44,058 bases of DNA, taken from the NCBI GenBank assembly GCA_034408725.1, contig JAWXCN010000201.1, positions 1 through 44,058 of the forward strand. Reading direction: 5' to 3'. How positions within the stretch are numbered: the first letter of the stretch is position 1; the number at the start of each line of letters is the position of its first letter. This DNA is from Candidatus Hydrogenedentota bacterium. Its GTDB lineage: Bacteria > Hydrogenedentota > Hydrogenedentia > Hydrogenedentales > SLHB01. A model generated the notes under the pieces. That model was not told where the DNA came from. It ran no database searches and was given only the letters and a program-made list of their open reading frames with translations. Below are positions 27,871 to 37,287 of this stretch, in pieces. Made by a program: the position numbers and the translations under genes.

Positions 27871-30080
27871 CGAGTTGGTCGTAACCCTCTTAACGGTTGT
27901 GCGATAAACGGCGAAAGAGCATTGTCACTGGCAATATCTTCCACCATGCGAGGTTCGGGATCACCGGCAGTGAAACTCCACAACTCGATCCCACGGATAC
28001 CGTCGTCAGCCGCAAAAAACAAATGACTATCGAATGGTGTAAGCGACGTTGGCTTCGCGCTCACCCTCGGGGTCGGCGAGAGGTCTTTAACAAGTTTCGT
28101 TCCGTACTCAAAACCATTGGTAACCCAGAGCTCCTCACCATGAGCGCCATCGTCGGCGCGAAAATACAGAAAATCTCCAAAAACCACAAGATCACGGGGA
28201 TTCGATGATGCTGCGCCCTCCGCAATGTCCCGAACCAACGTTATGGACGTTCCTTCCAATCTCTGCAGTTCTTCTCCGTGACTTGGCGTTCGGGCCCTGA
28301 AAATAATCATGCCCTTGTATTCAACAAGTTCGCGCGGTGTGGAAGACTCGCGCGATGGCGCGTAGTCCTGGACAAGGGTTGTGCCCGCCTCAGTTCCATT
28401 GCTTTGCCATAGTTCATCCCCATGCGTGGAATCGTACGCACCGAAATAAAGGGTCTCGCCCTTCGCCAATAAGTCGTGCGGATTGGAACTCGCCGTACCC
28501 GGTAAAATGTCGCGCACCATTTGCACTGCCGGAACGGAGATGCTGGTCATGACCCAGAGTTCATTGCCGTGTTCGAGATCATTTGCAACAAAAAAAAGTC
28601 TGCTTCCCGCCTTGGTGAGGTTATGCGGGGACGATGGTGGATTCGACACCTCCATGGTAAAGATGTCGTCGAGCAAGTACGTGCCGCCGGGCGTGCCGTC
28701 GCTGCGCCATAACTCAACTCCATGTTCGGGTGTCGTAGCATGAAAGTATGCCACTCCTTGGTGGACGATGGTTCCAAACGGCGCACTGTCGGTCGTGCCG
28801 GGATAAATGTCCTTAAGTAGGACGGTACCCCCCAGCGTTCCGTCGGAGAACCAGAGTTCTTCTCCATGCTCCATGTCTTCCGCGCAAAAAATCAGATTCC
28901 CATCGAAGGCGACGGGGCGGTACGGCTCAGATTGTTGTAGGCCCGGCCAGATGTCACGAAGTTGGAACGTCCCATCCGCTGTACCGTCCGTACACCACGG
29001 TTCGCGTCCGGCGCCGCGTCCGTTTGCGAAGAAAAAAACTCGCGGGCCACTGTGTACAAAATACCCCGGCTCAGATGAATCAAGTCCGGGATTGAGGTCC
29101 GCCACCATATACGTACCTTCAACTGTGCCATCTGTACGCCAGAGTTCGTCGCCGTGCATCGCGTCGGTGGCGTTAAACAAGGCAATATCATTAAACATTG
29201 AGAACGCTCCAAGACTGCCGTCCAAGGCGCCCTCGATTAACTCCTTGAATAATTTCGTCCCCTCTGCCGTTCCATCTGATTCCCAAAGTTCCCATCCCGT
29301 TTCAGGCGTCTTGGATTTCAAAAACAACTTGCCCCCCACAACACCGAGCGGCGAAGTGCCATCTTCCAGCGCTTTAATCAATTTGGTGCCCACCGCCGTG
29401 CCGTCGGTCGTCGCCAGGTAATATGTGCCTGCTTGGGATGGGCAATAGGCCATCAGTCCGTTCGGAAGCCGGAACGCCGAAGCACGGCCTGGGTTACTCC
29501 CCTCTTCACCTGCTTGCACATCAACAATCTCGTAGGTTCCGTCCTTCGTTCCATCGCTCCGCCATAACTCTTTACCGTGCTCAGCGCCTGTCGCTTCGAA
29601 ATAAGCTATACCATCATGGATTGACATCCACCCGAACGAATTGGGATGACCGCTTTGGTTTACCCCTATGTGAAACGTTCCGCCGGGCGTGCCGTCTGTA
29701 ACCCACAATTCCCTATTCGATGTGCGCGCGGCTGCGTCATCCATCGGCGAATCCGCTCGAAACAGTATTCGGGACCCCAGAGAAAAAAACTGATCTGGAT
29801 TGCCCGCGCGTTTTCCCGGGAAAATATCGTACAGCAGCTTTGCTCCTCCCGGCTTCCCGTTACTAATCCAAAGCTCCCGCCCGGAAGCTCCATCTTCGGC
29901 CGAAAACACTATCGAGTCACCCATCGGCGTAAAATCTTTGGGAGATGAAGAAGGCAATACGTCGCGAGCCGGTTCTCCGCCAGCGCCAATGACGCCCCAG
30001 ATCAGACAAGACAATATGACGTTAGCTGAACCTTTGGGAAATGTCGTTCTAGCGCGCATATCAGGACAACGGATGCTCAA
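27867..30080 (-). CDS. Exported ELWxxDGT-repeat (beta-propeller) protein
   Basis: About 14 repeats of G.ELW..DGT; N-terminal hydrophobic segment; exact start uncertain. Confidence 0.92.
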   Translation of the reverse strand: MSIRCPDMRARTTFPKGSANVILSCLIWGVIGAGGEPARDVLPSSSPKDFTPMGDSIVFSAEDGASGRELWISNGKPGGAKLLYDIFPGKRAGNPDQFFSLGSRILFRADSPMDDAAARTSNRELWVTDGTPGGTFHIGVNQSGHPNSFGWMSIHDGIAYFEATGAEHGKELWRSDGTKDGTYEIVDVQAGEEGSNPGRASAFRLPNGLMAYCPSQAGTYYLATTDGTAVGTKLIKALEDGTSPLGVVGGKLFLKSKTPETGWELWESDGTAEGTKLFKELIEGALDGSLGAFSMFNDIALFNATDAMHGDELWRTDGTVEGTYMVADLNPGLDSSEPGYFVHSGPRVFFFANGRGAGREPWCTDGTADGTFQLRDIWPGLQQSEPYRPVAFDGNLIFCAEDMEHGEELWFSDGTLGGTVLLKDIYPGTTDSAPFGTIVHQGVAYFHATTPEHGVELWRSDGTPGGTYLLDDIFTMEVSNPPSSPHNLTKAGSRLFFVANDLEHGNELWVMTSISVPAVQMVRDILPGTASSNPHDLLAKGETLYFGAYDSTHGDELWQSNGTEAGTTLVQDYAPSRESSTPRELVEYKGMIIFRARTPSHGEELQRLEGTSITLVRDIAEGAASSNPRDLVVFGDFLYFRADDGAHGEELWVTNGFEYGTKLVKDLSPTPRVSAKPTSLTPFDSHLFFAADDGIRGIELWSFTAGDPEPRMVEDIASDNALSPFIAQPLRGLRPTR

Positions 30081-32337
30081 AAGTTAGCAAGACACCATGT
30101 TCGGCAGCTGGAAAATCGGGATAACCCCATTGAACTACCGCGGTTTCTCCTTCCGCTCTGAGATCTACCAACATCGCGTTCATACGCCACACCGCTCCGA
30201 CATCGGCGCGGACAAATTTTTTGATCTGCTCGAGCGGAATCAGAATTTCTACCGACACACCGCTATCAAGTTTCGCCAACGCCATTTGCCAATTGCTCGT
30301 CCACTCAATCTCGCGGCCTTCAACGAATTGGTGCGTTGATTGCTCGTGCCCGAAATCCCGTGAAATGGTCATGCGGGACTGCATGTCAACCCGGCCGGGG
30401 AGCAATGGCATGAAGATCGACCGGAATCCCCACTCCGCGCGTGGCGCGTAGGGAATCTCGAAACCAAATCGCAACTGCTCGCTGGAAACATGTACACGCA
30501 TCGCTGCCTTGAAAGACGTTGGCCGGCCTGGAAGCAATCCTATCGGACCCGAGCTGTTATAATAGGTTTTCTTCCACGCGGGTTCGTCGAGCCGACCGTC
30601 TAACAAAATATCTCCCGTAACTCCCACGATTGGCGTCGCGCAACGCGCCTGGCTTATGCACGGCAACAATTCCTGAATCTCTTGCGCCCAGGTGTATCGC
30701 GTAGCGAGCTCGTGAAAAACCAAGGGCTGTAGTACGGGCGATGCTTCAAACGCATGCACAAACGCTGTGTCCGTCCCGCGTGCCGGCAACTCCACCGCGG
30801 AAACGGAAATAACCTGCGTTGACCGATCAAGGCCGTCTTCAAAGATAAGCGACAAATTCATGCTGCCGCGCGAAACCCAAAAGCCTTCACCCGAAACGAC
30901 TCCTGCTCTCAACCCGCTTGCTCTCGGCTGGCTGTATCCCGCCCAGTTTCCGGAAAGCGCAACAGCGCCTTCGTTCTGCTCTTGCAATCGGCAGACCATC
31001 ACGGATTGTTCGGCGATACCAATCAACTGGTACTCGCCGGAAGAAACAGGCGACAGTAGCCACCGGTCGGGACGCGCATCAAATTCGCCCGGGGTTGCGC
31101 CCGGACTGTCTGATTGCCTGGCTTTAATGTACCGCGCCTGAAATGACCGCGAAGCCTTGCCCGATTCGGTTCGCGCAAGGGCCAACAATTCATCCACGGT
31201 GACCAGCCGCGTTTTACCAACCTCATCTTGGGTCTTCAGTGGGACAATTGGGGTTGCAGCACCAACGCTTATGGTTTCAGATGGACCGTTTTGCATGGCA
31301 TACCATCCCACGCCGAGCCCAACCGCAAGCATCGTCACAGCGCCAAGCAATGGCCGCGCGAATCGTTCCGCAATACGTTTCCATCGCGCAAAACCACGCC
31401 TGCGCTCCACCCGATGCACAAAGGTCCGCACTGTGGGCGAATCTTTTCCGACCGTTTGCGCATACTCTGGAATCGCGCGCAAAAGTTCGATTGCTTCCAT
31501 CGCGGATTGAGGCCGGTCGGCGCTCTTGGATGAAATCAGCCGGTCAATGAGCGCTCCGAATGATTTAGACACAAGCGGCACCGCGTCTTCCGTCGAAACA
31601 ACTGTTGCCGTCATCATCTGCTTGACGATCGCAAGCGGCGTGGTCCCGTTATAAACTGGCTTGCCCGTCAATCCTTCGTAAAGTACAAGACCAAACGAAT
31701 ACAGGTCCCAGTCGGGAGTCGGCTCACCTCCCTCCCACGCCTCCGGTGGAGAAAACCGCGGAGTACCCATGAAATAGCCCGATGAACTTGTCCGGTAGAC
31801 CGTCGATTCAAGATGTCTTGCGTAGGCCGTCGCAAGTCCAAAATCCGCCAGCTTCGCGCGTCCATCAGGATTGAGCAGGACATTGTTCGGCTTGATATCG
31901 CGATGAATCACCCCATGAGCGTGGCACACCGCCAAACCCTCGAACACGTCCCGCGCTATCTGTACCGCGAACTGTGGCGTGAATACCTCGTGCTCGAGCG
32001 CCTCCCCAAGCGACGGGCCAGGCACATACTCCATGTCAATCGCGAGCTGGTTGTTTAACGTCTCCAACGAATTGATGCGCACCACATTCGGATGCAGGAT
32101 GCCCGCGACGATTTTCGCTTCCTGGCGGAAACGTTCCACGAAAACCGCGTCGCTGCTCAACGACGCGTAAAGCACCTTGAGAGCAATCTTCCGTGCCAGC
32201 GTCGTATCCTCGGCCAGATAAACCACACCCATCCCGCCGCGACCAAGCTCTCGCTCAATCACGTACTTACCGACGGAAGTCCCTGGCTCGAAGCCCGTAA
32301 CGTAAAGCGTTCCCACGATGTCCGCCCTGCTCCCCAT
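30061..32337 (-). CDS. Transmembrane Hanks-type Ser/Thr protein kinase with an extracytoplasmic region ending in a CBM9/DOMON-like domain
   Basis: LGRGGMGVVY, ALK, HRDIKPNN, DFG, GTPRF, DLYSFG; TM segment PLLGAVTMLAVGLGVGWYA; LDGRLDEPAW motif. Confidence 0.94.
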   Translation of the reverse strand: MGSRADIVGTLYVTGFEPGTSVGKYVIERELGRGGMGVVYLAEDTTLARKIALKVLYASLSSDAVFVERFRQEAKIVAGILHPNVVRINSLETLNNQLAIDMEYVPGPSLGEALEHEVFTPQFAVQIARDVFEGLAVCHAHGVIHRDIKPNNVLLNPDGRAKLADFGLATAYARHLESTVYRTSSSGYFMGTPRFSPPEAWEGGEPTPDWDLYSFGLVLYEGLTGKPVYNGTTPLAIVKQMMTATVVSTEDAVPLVSKSFGALIDRLISSKSADRPQSAMEAIELLRAIPEYAQTVGKDSPTVRTFVHRVERRRGFARWKRIAERFARPLLGAVTMLAVGLGVGWYAMQNGPSETISVGAATPIVPLKTQDEVGKTRLVTVDELLALARTESGKASRSFQARYIKARQSDSPGATPGEFDARPDRWLLSPVSSGEYQLIGIAEQSVMVCRLQEQNEGAVALSGNWAGYSQPRASGLRAGVVSGEGFWVSRGSMNLSLIFEDGLDRSTQVISVSAVELPARGTDTAFVHAFEASPVLQPLVFHELATRYTWAQEIQELLPCISQARCATPIVGVTGDILLDGRLDEPAWKKTYYNSSGPIGLLPGRPTSFKAAMRVHVSSEQLRFGFEIPYAPRAEWGFRSIFMPLLPGRVDMQSRMTISRDFGHEQSTHQFVEGREIEWTSNWQMALAKLDSGVSVEILIPLEQIKKFVRADVGAVWRMNAMLVDLRAEGETAVVQWGYPDFPAAEHGVLLTFEHPLS

Positions 32338-32485
32338 GACACGACGAATGATCGTAATGGTACACTGATTCCCGGAGTGTTGCCAATCGATGAGGAGAAA
32401 CCGTGCGAAATGGCGCAGCGGCGTATTTTGCCGCGCAAAGTATGCGACGGGGGATTAACTACATAGGGAGAAAAAGGGCGCTAAG

Positions 32486-32531
32486 TGGAGTGCGGTAGCA
32501 GAGTCCGCTTCGGACGCCGCCACCGCTTTGG
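32486..32531. repeat. REP-like palindromic element
   Basis: tggagtgcggt-agc...gtccg ctt cggac...gcc-accgc-tttgg imperfect nested palindrome in an intergenic region; single copy in the window. Confidence 0.4.
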
Positions 32532-32565
32532 CTATACCGGGACGTGGAGTATCGAAATTGCCAAT

Positions 32566-33459
32566 TCAGCGCAATGCAATGACCTCGCGATGAACGTCGT
32601 TGCCAGTGCGCTTTAGGACAGTCACCTTATCCACGCCGTTCTGAAGCAAATATTCGCGCGCCTCGGGAATGCCCGCGCCGACGAGGTCGGGACCGTGGCT
32701 GTCGTCGCCGAAACAGAATGGAATACCCATGGCGTGCGCGCGCTGGAGGAGCCATGGCGCGGGATATGGGAAATCGAGACCTTTGCGCCAGCCTGCCGTG
32801 TTGAGATCGAGGATGCAGTCGTTGGCTTTCACGACTTCGAGCGTGGCACCGGCCGCGCTACGAATCGCGGGAGTATCGAGCGGGCCGTACAGGTGTCCGT
32901 TCTTGCGGACCAGATCGAGGTGCCCCACAACTTCTGGGTGGAGGTCTTCGATCATTTTCGAAACGGATGCGTAGTACCCGCGAGCGAGCGGTTCGATACC
33001 GCCGCGAATTTCCAGGACCTGATCGAATTCTTCGACAGTGCTGTCGATGGAGATATCGTCGAGATAATGTACCGACCCAATCATGTAGTCGAACCCGAAG
33101 CGCTTCCGGTAATCGAGCATGATTTTCGGATAACTATCGTGCGGAATTATTTCGATTTCGTATCCGCGCAGGATTGTGATGCGTTCGGCGTATTCATCTG
33201 CGAGCGCGAATACCGCGACGGCATAGTGCTCAAAGTCTGAAATTATTTTCTCAAGCGTCCAACCCCGCTCCCGCTCGTCGGGGTAGAGATACTGTTCGCC
33301 GTGTCGCGGCACGTGCTCGCTTATGCCATAGGTGGAAAAACCTTTCGCGATTGCCGATTCTATGACTTCGCGCAAGGCGCCCGTGGCGTGATTACAAAAT
33401 TCCCCTGAATGCCCGCCGTGGAGCGAAGCCATCCACGCCGGCGATTTACTTCCGGACAT
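32566..33459 (-). CDS. PHP-family histidinol-phosphatase (HisJ/HisK-like)
   Basis: HGGHSGEFC.H, ISEH, GYE, IGSVH, GHLDL, LNTAG, GDDSH. Confidence 0.88.
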   Translation of the reverse strand: MSGSKSPAWMASLHGGHSGEFCNHATGALREVIESAIAKGFSTYGISEHVPRHGEQYLYPDERERGWTLEKIISDFEHYAVAVFALADEYAERITILRGYEIEIIPHDSYPKIMLDYRKRFGFDYMIGSVHYLDDISIDSTVEEFDQVLEIRGGIEPLARGYYASVSKMIEDLHPEVVGHLDLVRKNGHLYGPLDTPAIRSAAGATLEVVKANDCILDLNTAGWRKGLDFPYPAPWLLQRAHAMGIPFCFGDDSHGPDLVGAGIPEAREYLLQNGVDKVTVLKRTGNDVHREVIALR

Positions 33460-33460
33460 G

Positions 33461-34717
33461 CTACCTCTCTTCTACTGCGCTCTCGTTGGTCGAATTCTCG
33501 CGCACGAAGAGCAGCAGAAATCCGCCGAGCGCAAACAGGACAATCAAACTAAACACACCCGCGCGTGTATTACCGGTGCGCACGGCAATATATCCGACCA
33601 TGAGCGGGCCGAGAATGGTCGCGAATTTTCCGAAAATGTCATAGAACCCAAAGAACTGCGCGGTGTTTTCCGGCGGCACGAGTTTTCCAAACATGCTTCG
33701 GCTGAGCGATTGTATCCCGCCTTGCGCGAAGGCAATCATCATGGCAAGCACCCAGAAATGCCAAACCTCAGTGATGAAATAGGCAAGCGTCGTGACCAGA
33801 AAGTAAACGCTGATGCCAAGGAGCACCATGCGTTTTGCGCCGAAGAATTTTGCGAGAAACCCGAAGAGTATGGCGCATGGAAACGCAACGATTTGGGTGA
33901 CCAGGAGAATCATGAGCAATTTATTCTGATCGATGCCAATGTCGAGGCCAAACACAACTGCCATTTTGTAGATGGTGTGGACGCCGTCGATATAGAGAAA
34001 GTACGCGATCAGAAATCCGAATAGCGCGCGGTACTTGGTAATGTTCAGCAACATGTTGCCCAGCCGCTTAAAACTATCACGCACAGGGTTTTCCGTGTGA
34101 GGAACGTGATGCACCTGCCGGACATTGCGCAGCATGGGGATGCTGAGCCCGAGCCACCAGACGACGGTGATGACAAACGCAAGGCGTGTCGGCATCAGCG
34201 AGGATTCAAATCCGAAACGGGCGTGTTGCGTGATGAGCACCATGCATAATATGTATGGGATGGTGCTCGCAAAGTATCCCCAAGCAAAGCCATTGGAGGA
34301 CACCCAGTCCATGCGGTCCTTCGACGCGACGTCCACGAGAAACGAATCGTAAAACACGACTGCGCCATAAAAGCCAATGGTTGATATTCCGAACAGAATC
34401 AGACAGAAGACCCATTGCCCTTCCTGCACGAAAGGGAGTCCCCCGGTAGCGAGAAGTCCTATGGATAGGAACAGTACGAACAGGCGTTTTTTGAAGCCGC
34501 GATTGTCCGCAAGCGCGCCCAGAATTGGCGAAAGTATAGCCACGACGACCATTGCAAGGGTGTTGCCGAGCGCCCAGTAATAGGTCGATTGTTCATCGGT
34601 CATGTCTTTCGCGGCAAAGGTTTTGAAGAAGATTGGCAGGATTGTAGTTGTAACAATCAGCGTCTGCGCGCTGTTGGCACAGTCGTAGAGTATCCAGCTT
34701 CGTTCGGCTTTGGTCAC
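33461..34717 (-). CDS. MFS transporter (UMF1/ATG22-like)
   Basis: WILYDCANS, PILGALAD, YDSFL, GFAWGY, YIDGV, GGIQSLSRS, FFGFY; about 12 TM segments. Confidence 0.92.
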   Translation of the reverse strand: MTKAERSWILYDCANSAQTLIVTTTILPIFFKTFAAKDMTDEQSTYYWALGNTLAMVVVAILSPILGALADNRGFKKRLFVLFLSIGLLATGGLPFVQEGQWVFCLILFGISTIGFYGAVVFYDSFLVDVASKDRMDWVSSNGFAWGYFASTIPYILCMVLITQHARFGFESSLMPTRLAFVITVVWWLGLSIPMLRNVRQVHHVPHTENPVRDSFKRLGNMLLNITKYRALFGFLIAYFLYIDGVHTIYKMAVVFGLDIGIDQNKLLMILLVTQIVAFPCAILFGFLAKFFGAKRMVLLGISVYFLVTTLAYFITEVWHFWVLAMMIAFAQGGIQSLSRSMFGKLVPPENTAQFFGFYDIFGKFATILGPLMVGYIAVRTGNTRAGVFSLIVLFALGGFLLLFVRENSTNESAVEER

Positions 34718-34830
34718 GGTGCGCAGGCTCCCACTTCTGGATTTTGCACGCGATTAACATTCATGTTCGATAGCGTATCCAGACATTGCGTGAAAAATCC
34801 TCACCCCTAACGCTTCGGCTTCATCGTGAA

Positions 34831-34878
34831 CATTTCTCACCAGCTTCCGCGCCCAAACGCGGAAGCTGGTGAGAAATG
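34831..34878. repeat. Perfect 21-bp inverted repeat (possible MITE/IS-end remnant)
   Basis: catttctcaccagcttccgcg-cccaaa-cgcggaagctggtgagaaatg between divergent genes. Confidence 0.75.
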
Positions 34879-34992
34879 CGGGCTGAGGAAGGAAGTGTGG
34901 CGCGTCGCGCGGCATGAATCAAGCAGTATTGATTCACGCTTCGGCGCGTGCAAGACTGGCGCCGGTGCATCTAAACGGAAGGAGAATCGATC

Positions 34993-35853
34993 ATGCTTGG
35001 ATTGGCGTTTGTTGGGTTGGCTGCGATTGCCGCGGCGGAGACGGTGGTGACGGGTCCGGTTGAGCTTGTGGCGGACGGATTTTTATTTACCGAAGGCCCG
35101 GTCTGGCTTGCGACCGGTGAACTGGTCTTCAGCGACATTCCAAAGAACAGGATCTACAAGGCCGACAAAACAGTTTTTCGCGAGCCGAGCAACAATTCCA
35201 ACGGCCTTGTGCTCGATAATGAGGGGCGGCTGATCGCGTGCGAACACAGTGCGCGCAGGGTGACGCGCACGGAGAAGGACGGCGCGATAACAGTGCTCGC
35301 CGAAAAGTTTGAGGGAAAGAAACTCAACAGTCCCAATGACGCCACAGTGCGCGCGGATGGCACAATCTTTTTCACGGATCCCCCCTACGGCATCAAGAAA
35401 GAAGATCAGGAGTTGGACTTCCAGGGTGTGTATACCATTGCGCCGGACGGAAAACTTTCCGCAGTCGCGCGTGACTTTAAGAAACCCAACGGCATTGGCT
35501 TGTCGCCTGATGGTAAGACGCTATATGTGGCGGACACCGAAGGGAGCCATATCCGCGCGTTTGATGTCGCGGCAGATGGTTCATTAGCCAATAATCGCGT
35601 CTTCTGCGAACTCCCCCACCCCGACGGGTTAAGCGTGGACCAGAAAGGCTATGTCTGGTGTACGGCAGAAGACGGCGTGCGCGTGTTGAATCCCAAGGGC
35701 GAACTGGTGCATACCGTGGCGGTGCCGCAGGGACCGGCAAACTGCGGATTCGGCGATGCGGACGGAAAGACGCTGTACATCACCGCGCGCACTGGGTTGT
35801 ATAAAGTGCGTTGCGCGACGCCGGGTCTTGGCTTTCCCGCCGGTAAAAAATGA
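34993..35853 (+). CDS. SMP-30/gluconolactonase/LRE family protein, exported
   Basis: Signal peptide; FTEGPVW, FSDIP, SNGL, NSPND, FTDPPYG, PNGIGLSPDG, PDG. Confidence 0.94.
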   Translation: MLGLAFVGLAAIAAAETVVTGPVELVADGFLFTEGPVWLATGELVFSDIPKNRIYKADKTVFREPSNNSNGLVLDNEGRLIACEHSARRVTRTEKDGAITVLAEKFEGKKLNSPNDATVRADGTIFFTDPPYGIKKEDQELDFQGVYTIAPDGKLSAVARDFKKPNGIGLSPDGKTLYVADTEGSHIRAFDVAADGSLANNRVFCELPHPDGLSVDQKGYVWCTAEDGVRVLNPKGELVHTVAVPQGPANCGFGDADGKTLYITARTGLYKVRCATPGLGFPAGKK

Positions 35854-37229
35854 TCGCGGCAACGCTTCTTGTTCTGATCACGTTCGCCGCGGATAGTGAC
35901 CACCACATCAGCGCGGTGAAGGGGCCGTACTTCGTCTGCGACGATCGCGTGATCATGGACCGGTGGCTTGCGGATCGGTTCGTCGTGCCTCCCGCGCGCC
36001 ACAATGACAAGCCGATCATTGAACGCGAATATCCGTGGGAAGGAAGCGGACCTCACCTCGGCGGTTCGGTTTTGTATGACGAGGAGGACAAGGTTTATCG
36101 CATGTGGTATTCCGTGTTCAACCGGCACGCCTACGACAATCGGCTCCCCTTCTCTTATAACGTATGCTACGCGGAATCAGGCGATGGCATCACGTGGACG
36201 AAACCGTTTCCCGGCGTGTTCGATTACAAGGGCAGCACCGAAAACAACGTCATTAAACTCGGCACGGATAAAACACAGAACATTGATGTCTGCCTGAATC
36301 CTCGGACAGATCGATGGCAGGGAAAGTTTCTCGCGATTCACAATCAGAAGGGTGGCGTCTTCGTTTCCTCGTCTGATGATGGAAAAACCTTTGTTCCGCT
36401 GTGGAAAGAAGCTGCCATCTCGTACCACAGCGATACGCACAACAATTTCGTCTACGACGAAGTGCGGGACTTGTGGTTTTTATTTTGCCGTCCGCGTACG
36501 TATGCGGGCGACCATAAGCGCCGCGTATCAATGCAATCCTCAAACGACCTTGAACGCTGGACGCATGAGCAGAACGTACTCGTGCCGGGTGAAGACGAGA
36601 AACAGGAATTTTACGGCATGGGGGTATGGAGGCGCGGCGACCTGCTGTTTGGGTTCGTGAAGGTTTACGACAGGCATACCGGCACGCCGTTTATCGAGCT
36701 GGCCTGGAGCGGCGACGGTAAACATTGGACGCGAATTCCGACGCACCCCCCGTTCATGCAGCAAGGCGATAAAGGCGCCTGGGACGCGGGCATGGTATTC
36801 CCCGCGGAGTCGCCCGTCGTGATTGGCGATGAGATGCGCTATTACTATGGTGGATTCCGCCTCCCCCACGACACGAAAGAAGAGAACGTCGCTGCCATCG
36901 GCATGATGCGCGGTGAGCGCGATCGCTTCATCGGCATACGCCCAAATTCCGATGAGCCGGGTTTTGTGCTCACACGCCCATTTGTCGTATCTGGACGCCG
37001 GCTGTTTGTCAATGCAATGGTCACCGGCGAACTTAGCGCTGAACTTCGCGTGGACAACAATAAGACCTTGCCAGGATGGACCTTCGCCGACTGCGATCCC
37101 CTCACGAGTAGTGGCTACGAGATGGAGATCACATGGGGTGGCAAATCGCTTTCTGAAGCACCCGAAGGCGATGTTTCAATCAACTTCCGCTTAAGTAACG
37201 CGGAGTTATTTACCTTTGATTTACGGTAA
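35850..37229 (+). CDS. Exported hypothetical protein, probable beta-propeller glycoside hydrolase-like
   Basis: Signal peptide; YRMWY, Asp-box-like motifs YAESGDGITW, SDDGKTF, SNDLERW and SGDGKHW; overlaps the upstream gene. Confidence 0.75.
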   Translation: MIAATLLVLITFAADSDHHISAVKGPYFVCDDRVIMDRWLADRFVVPPARHNDKPIIEREYPWEGSGPHLGGSVLYDEEDKVYRMWYSVFNRHAYDNRLPFSYNVCYAESGDGITWTKPFPGVFDYKGSTENNVIKLGTDKTQNIDVCLNPRTDRWQGKFLAIHNQKGGVFVSSSDDGKTFVPLWKEAAISYHSDTHNNFVYDEVRDLWFLFCRPRTYAGDHKRRVSMQSSNDLERWTHEQNVLVPGEDEKQEFYGMGVWRRGDLLFGFVKVYDRHTGTPFIELAWSGDGKHWTRIPTHPPFMQQGDKGAWDAGMVFPAESPVVIGDEMRYYYGGFRLPHDTKEENVAAIGMMRGERDRFIGIRPNSDEPGFVLTRPFVVSGRRLFVNAMVTGELSAELRVDNNKTLPGWTFADCDPLTSSGYEMEITWGGKSLSEAPEGDVSINFRLSNAELFTFDLR

Positions 37230-37239
37230 TCGAAAATGT

Positions 37240-37285
37240 TTGCTAAGACGGATTGCGTAGTGTATAATACTGAAAAGTATTTCAG
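37240..37285 (+). promoter_or_regulatory. Sigma70 promoter TTGCTA-N17-TATAAT with an operator palindrome over the predicted start site
   Basis: -35 at 37240-37245, -10 at 37263-37268; ctgaaa-agta-tttcag at 37270-37285. Confidence 0.65.
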
Positions 37286-37287
37286 CT

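Noticed and set aside
27900-29900. Periodic nucleotide similarity that might suggest a CRISPR or tandem array
   Set aside because: Explained by degenerate protein-level ELWxxDGT repeats; no identical repeats with spacers.
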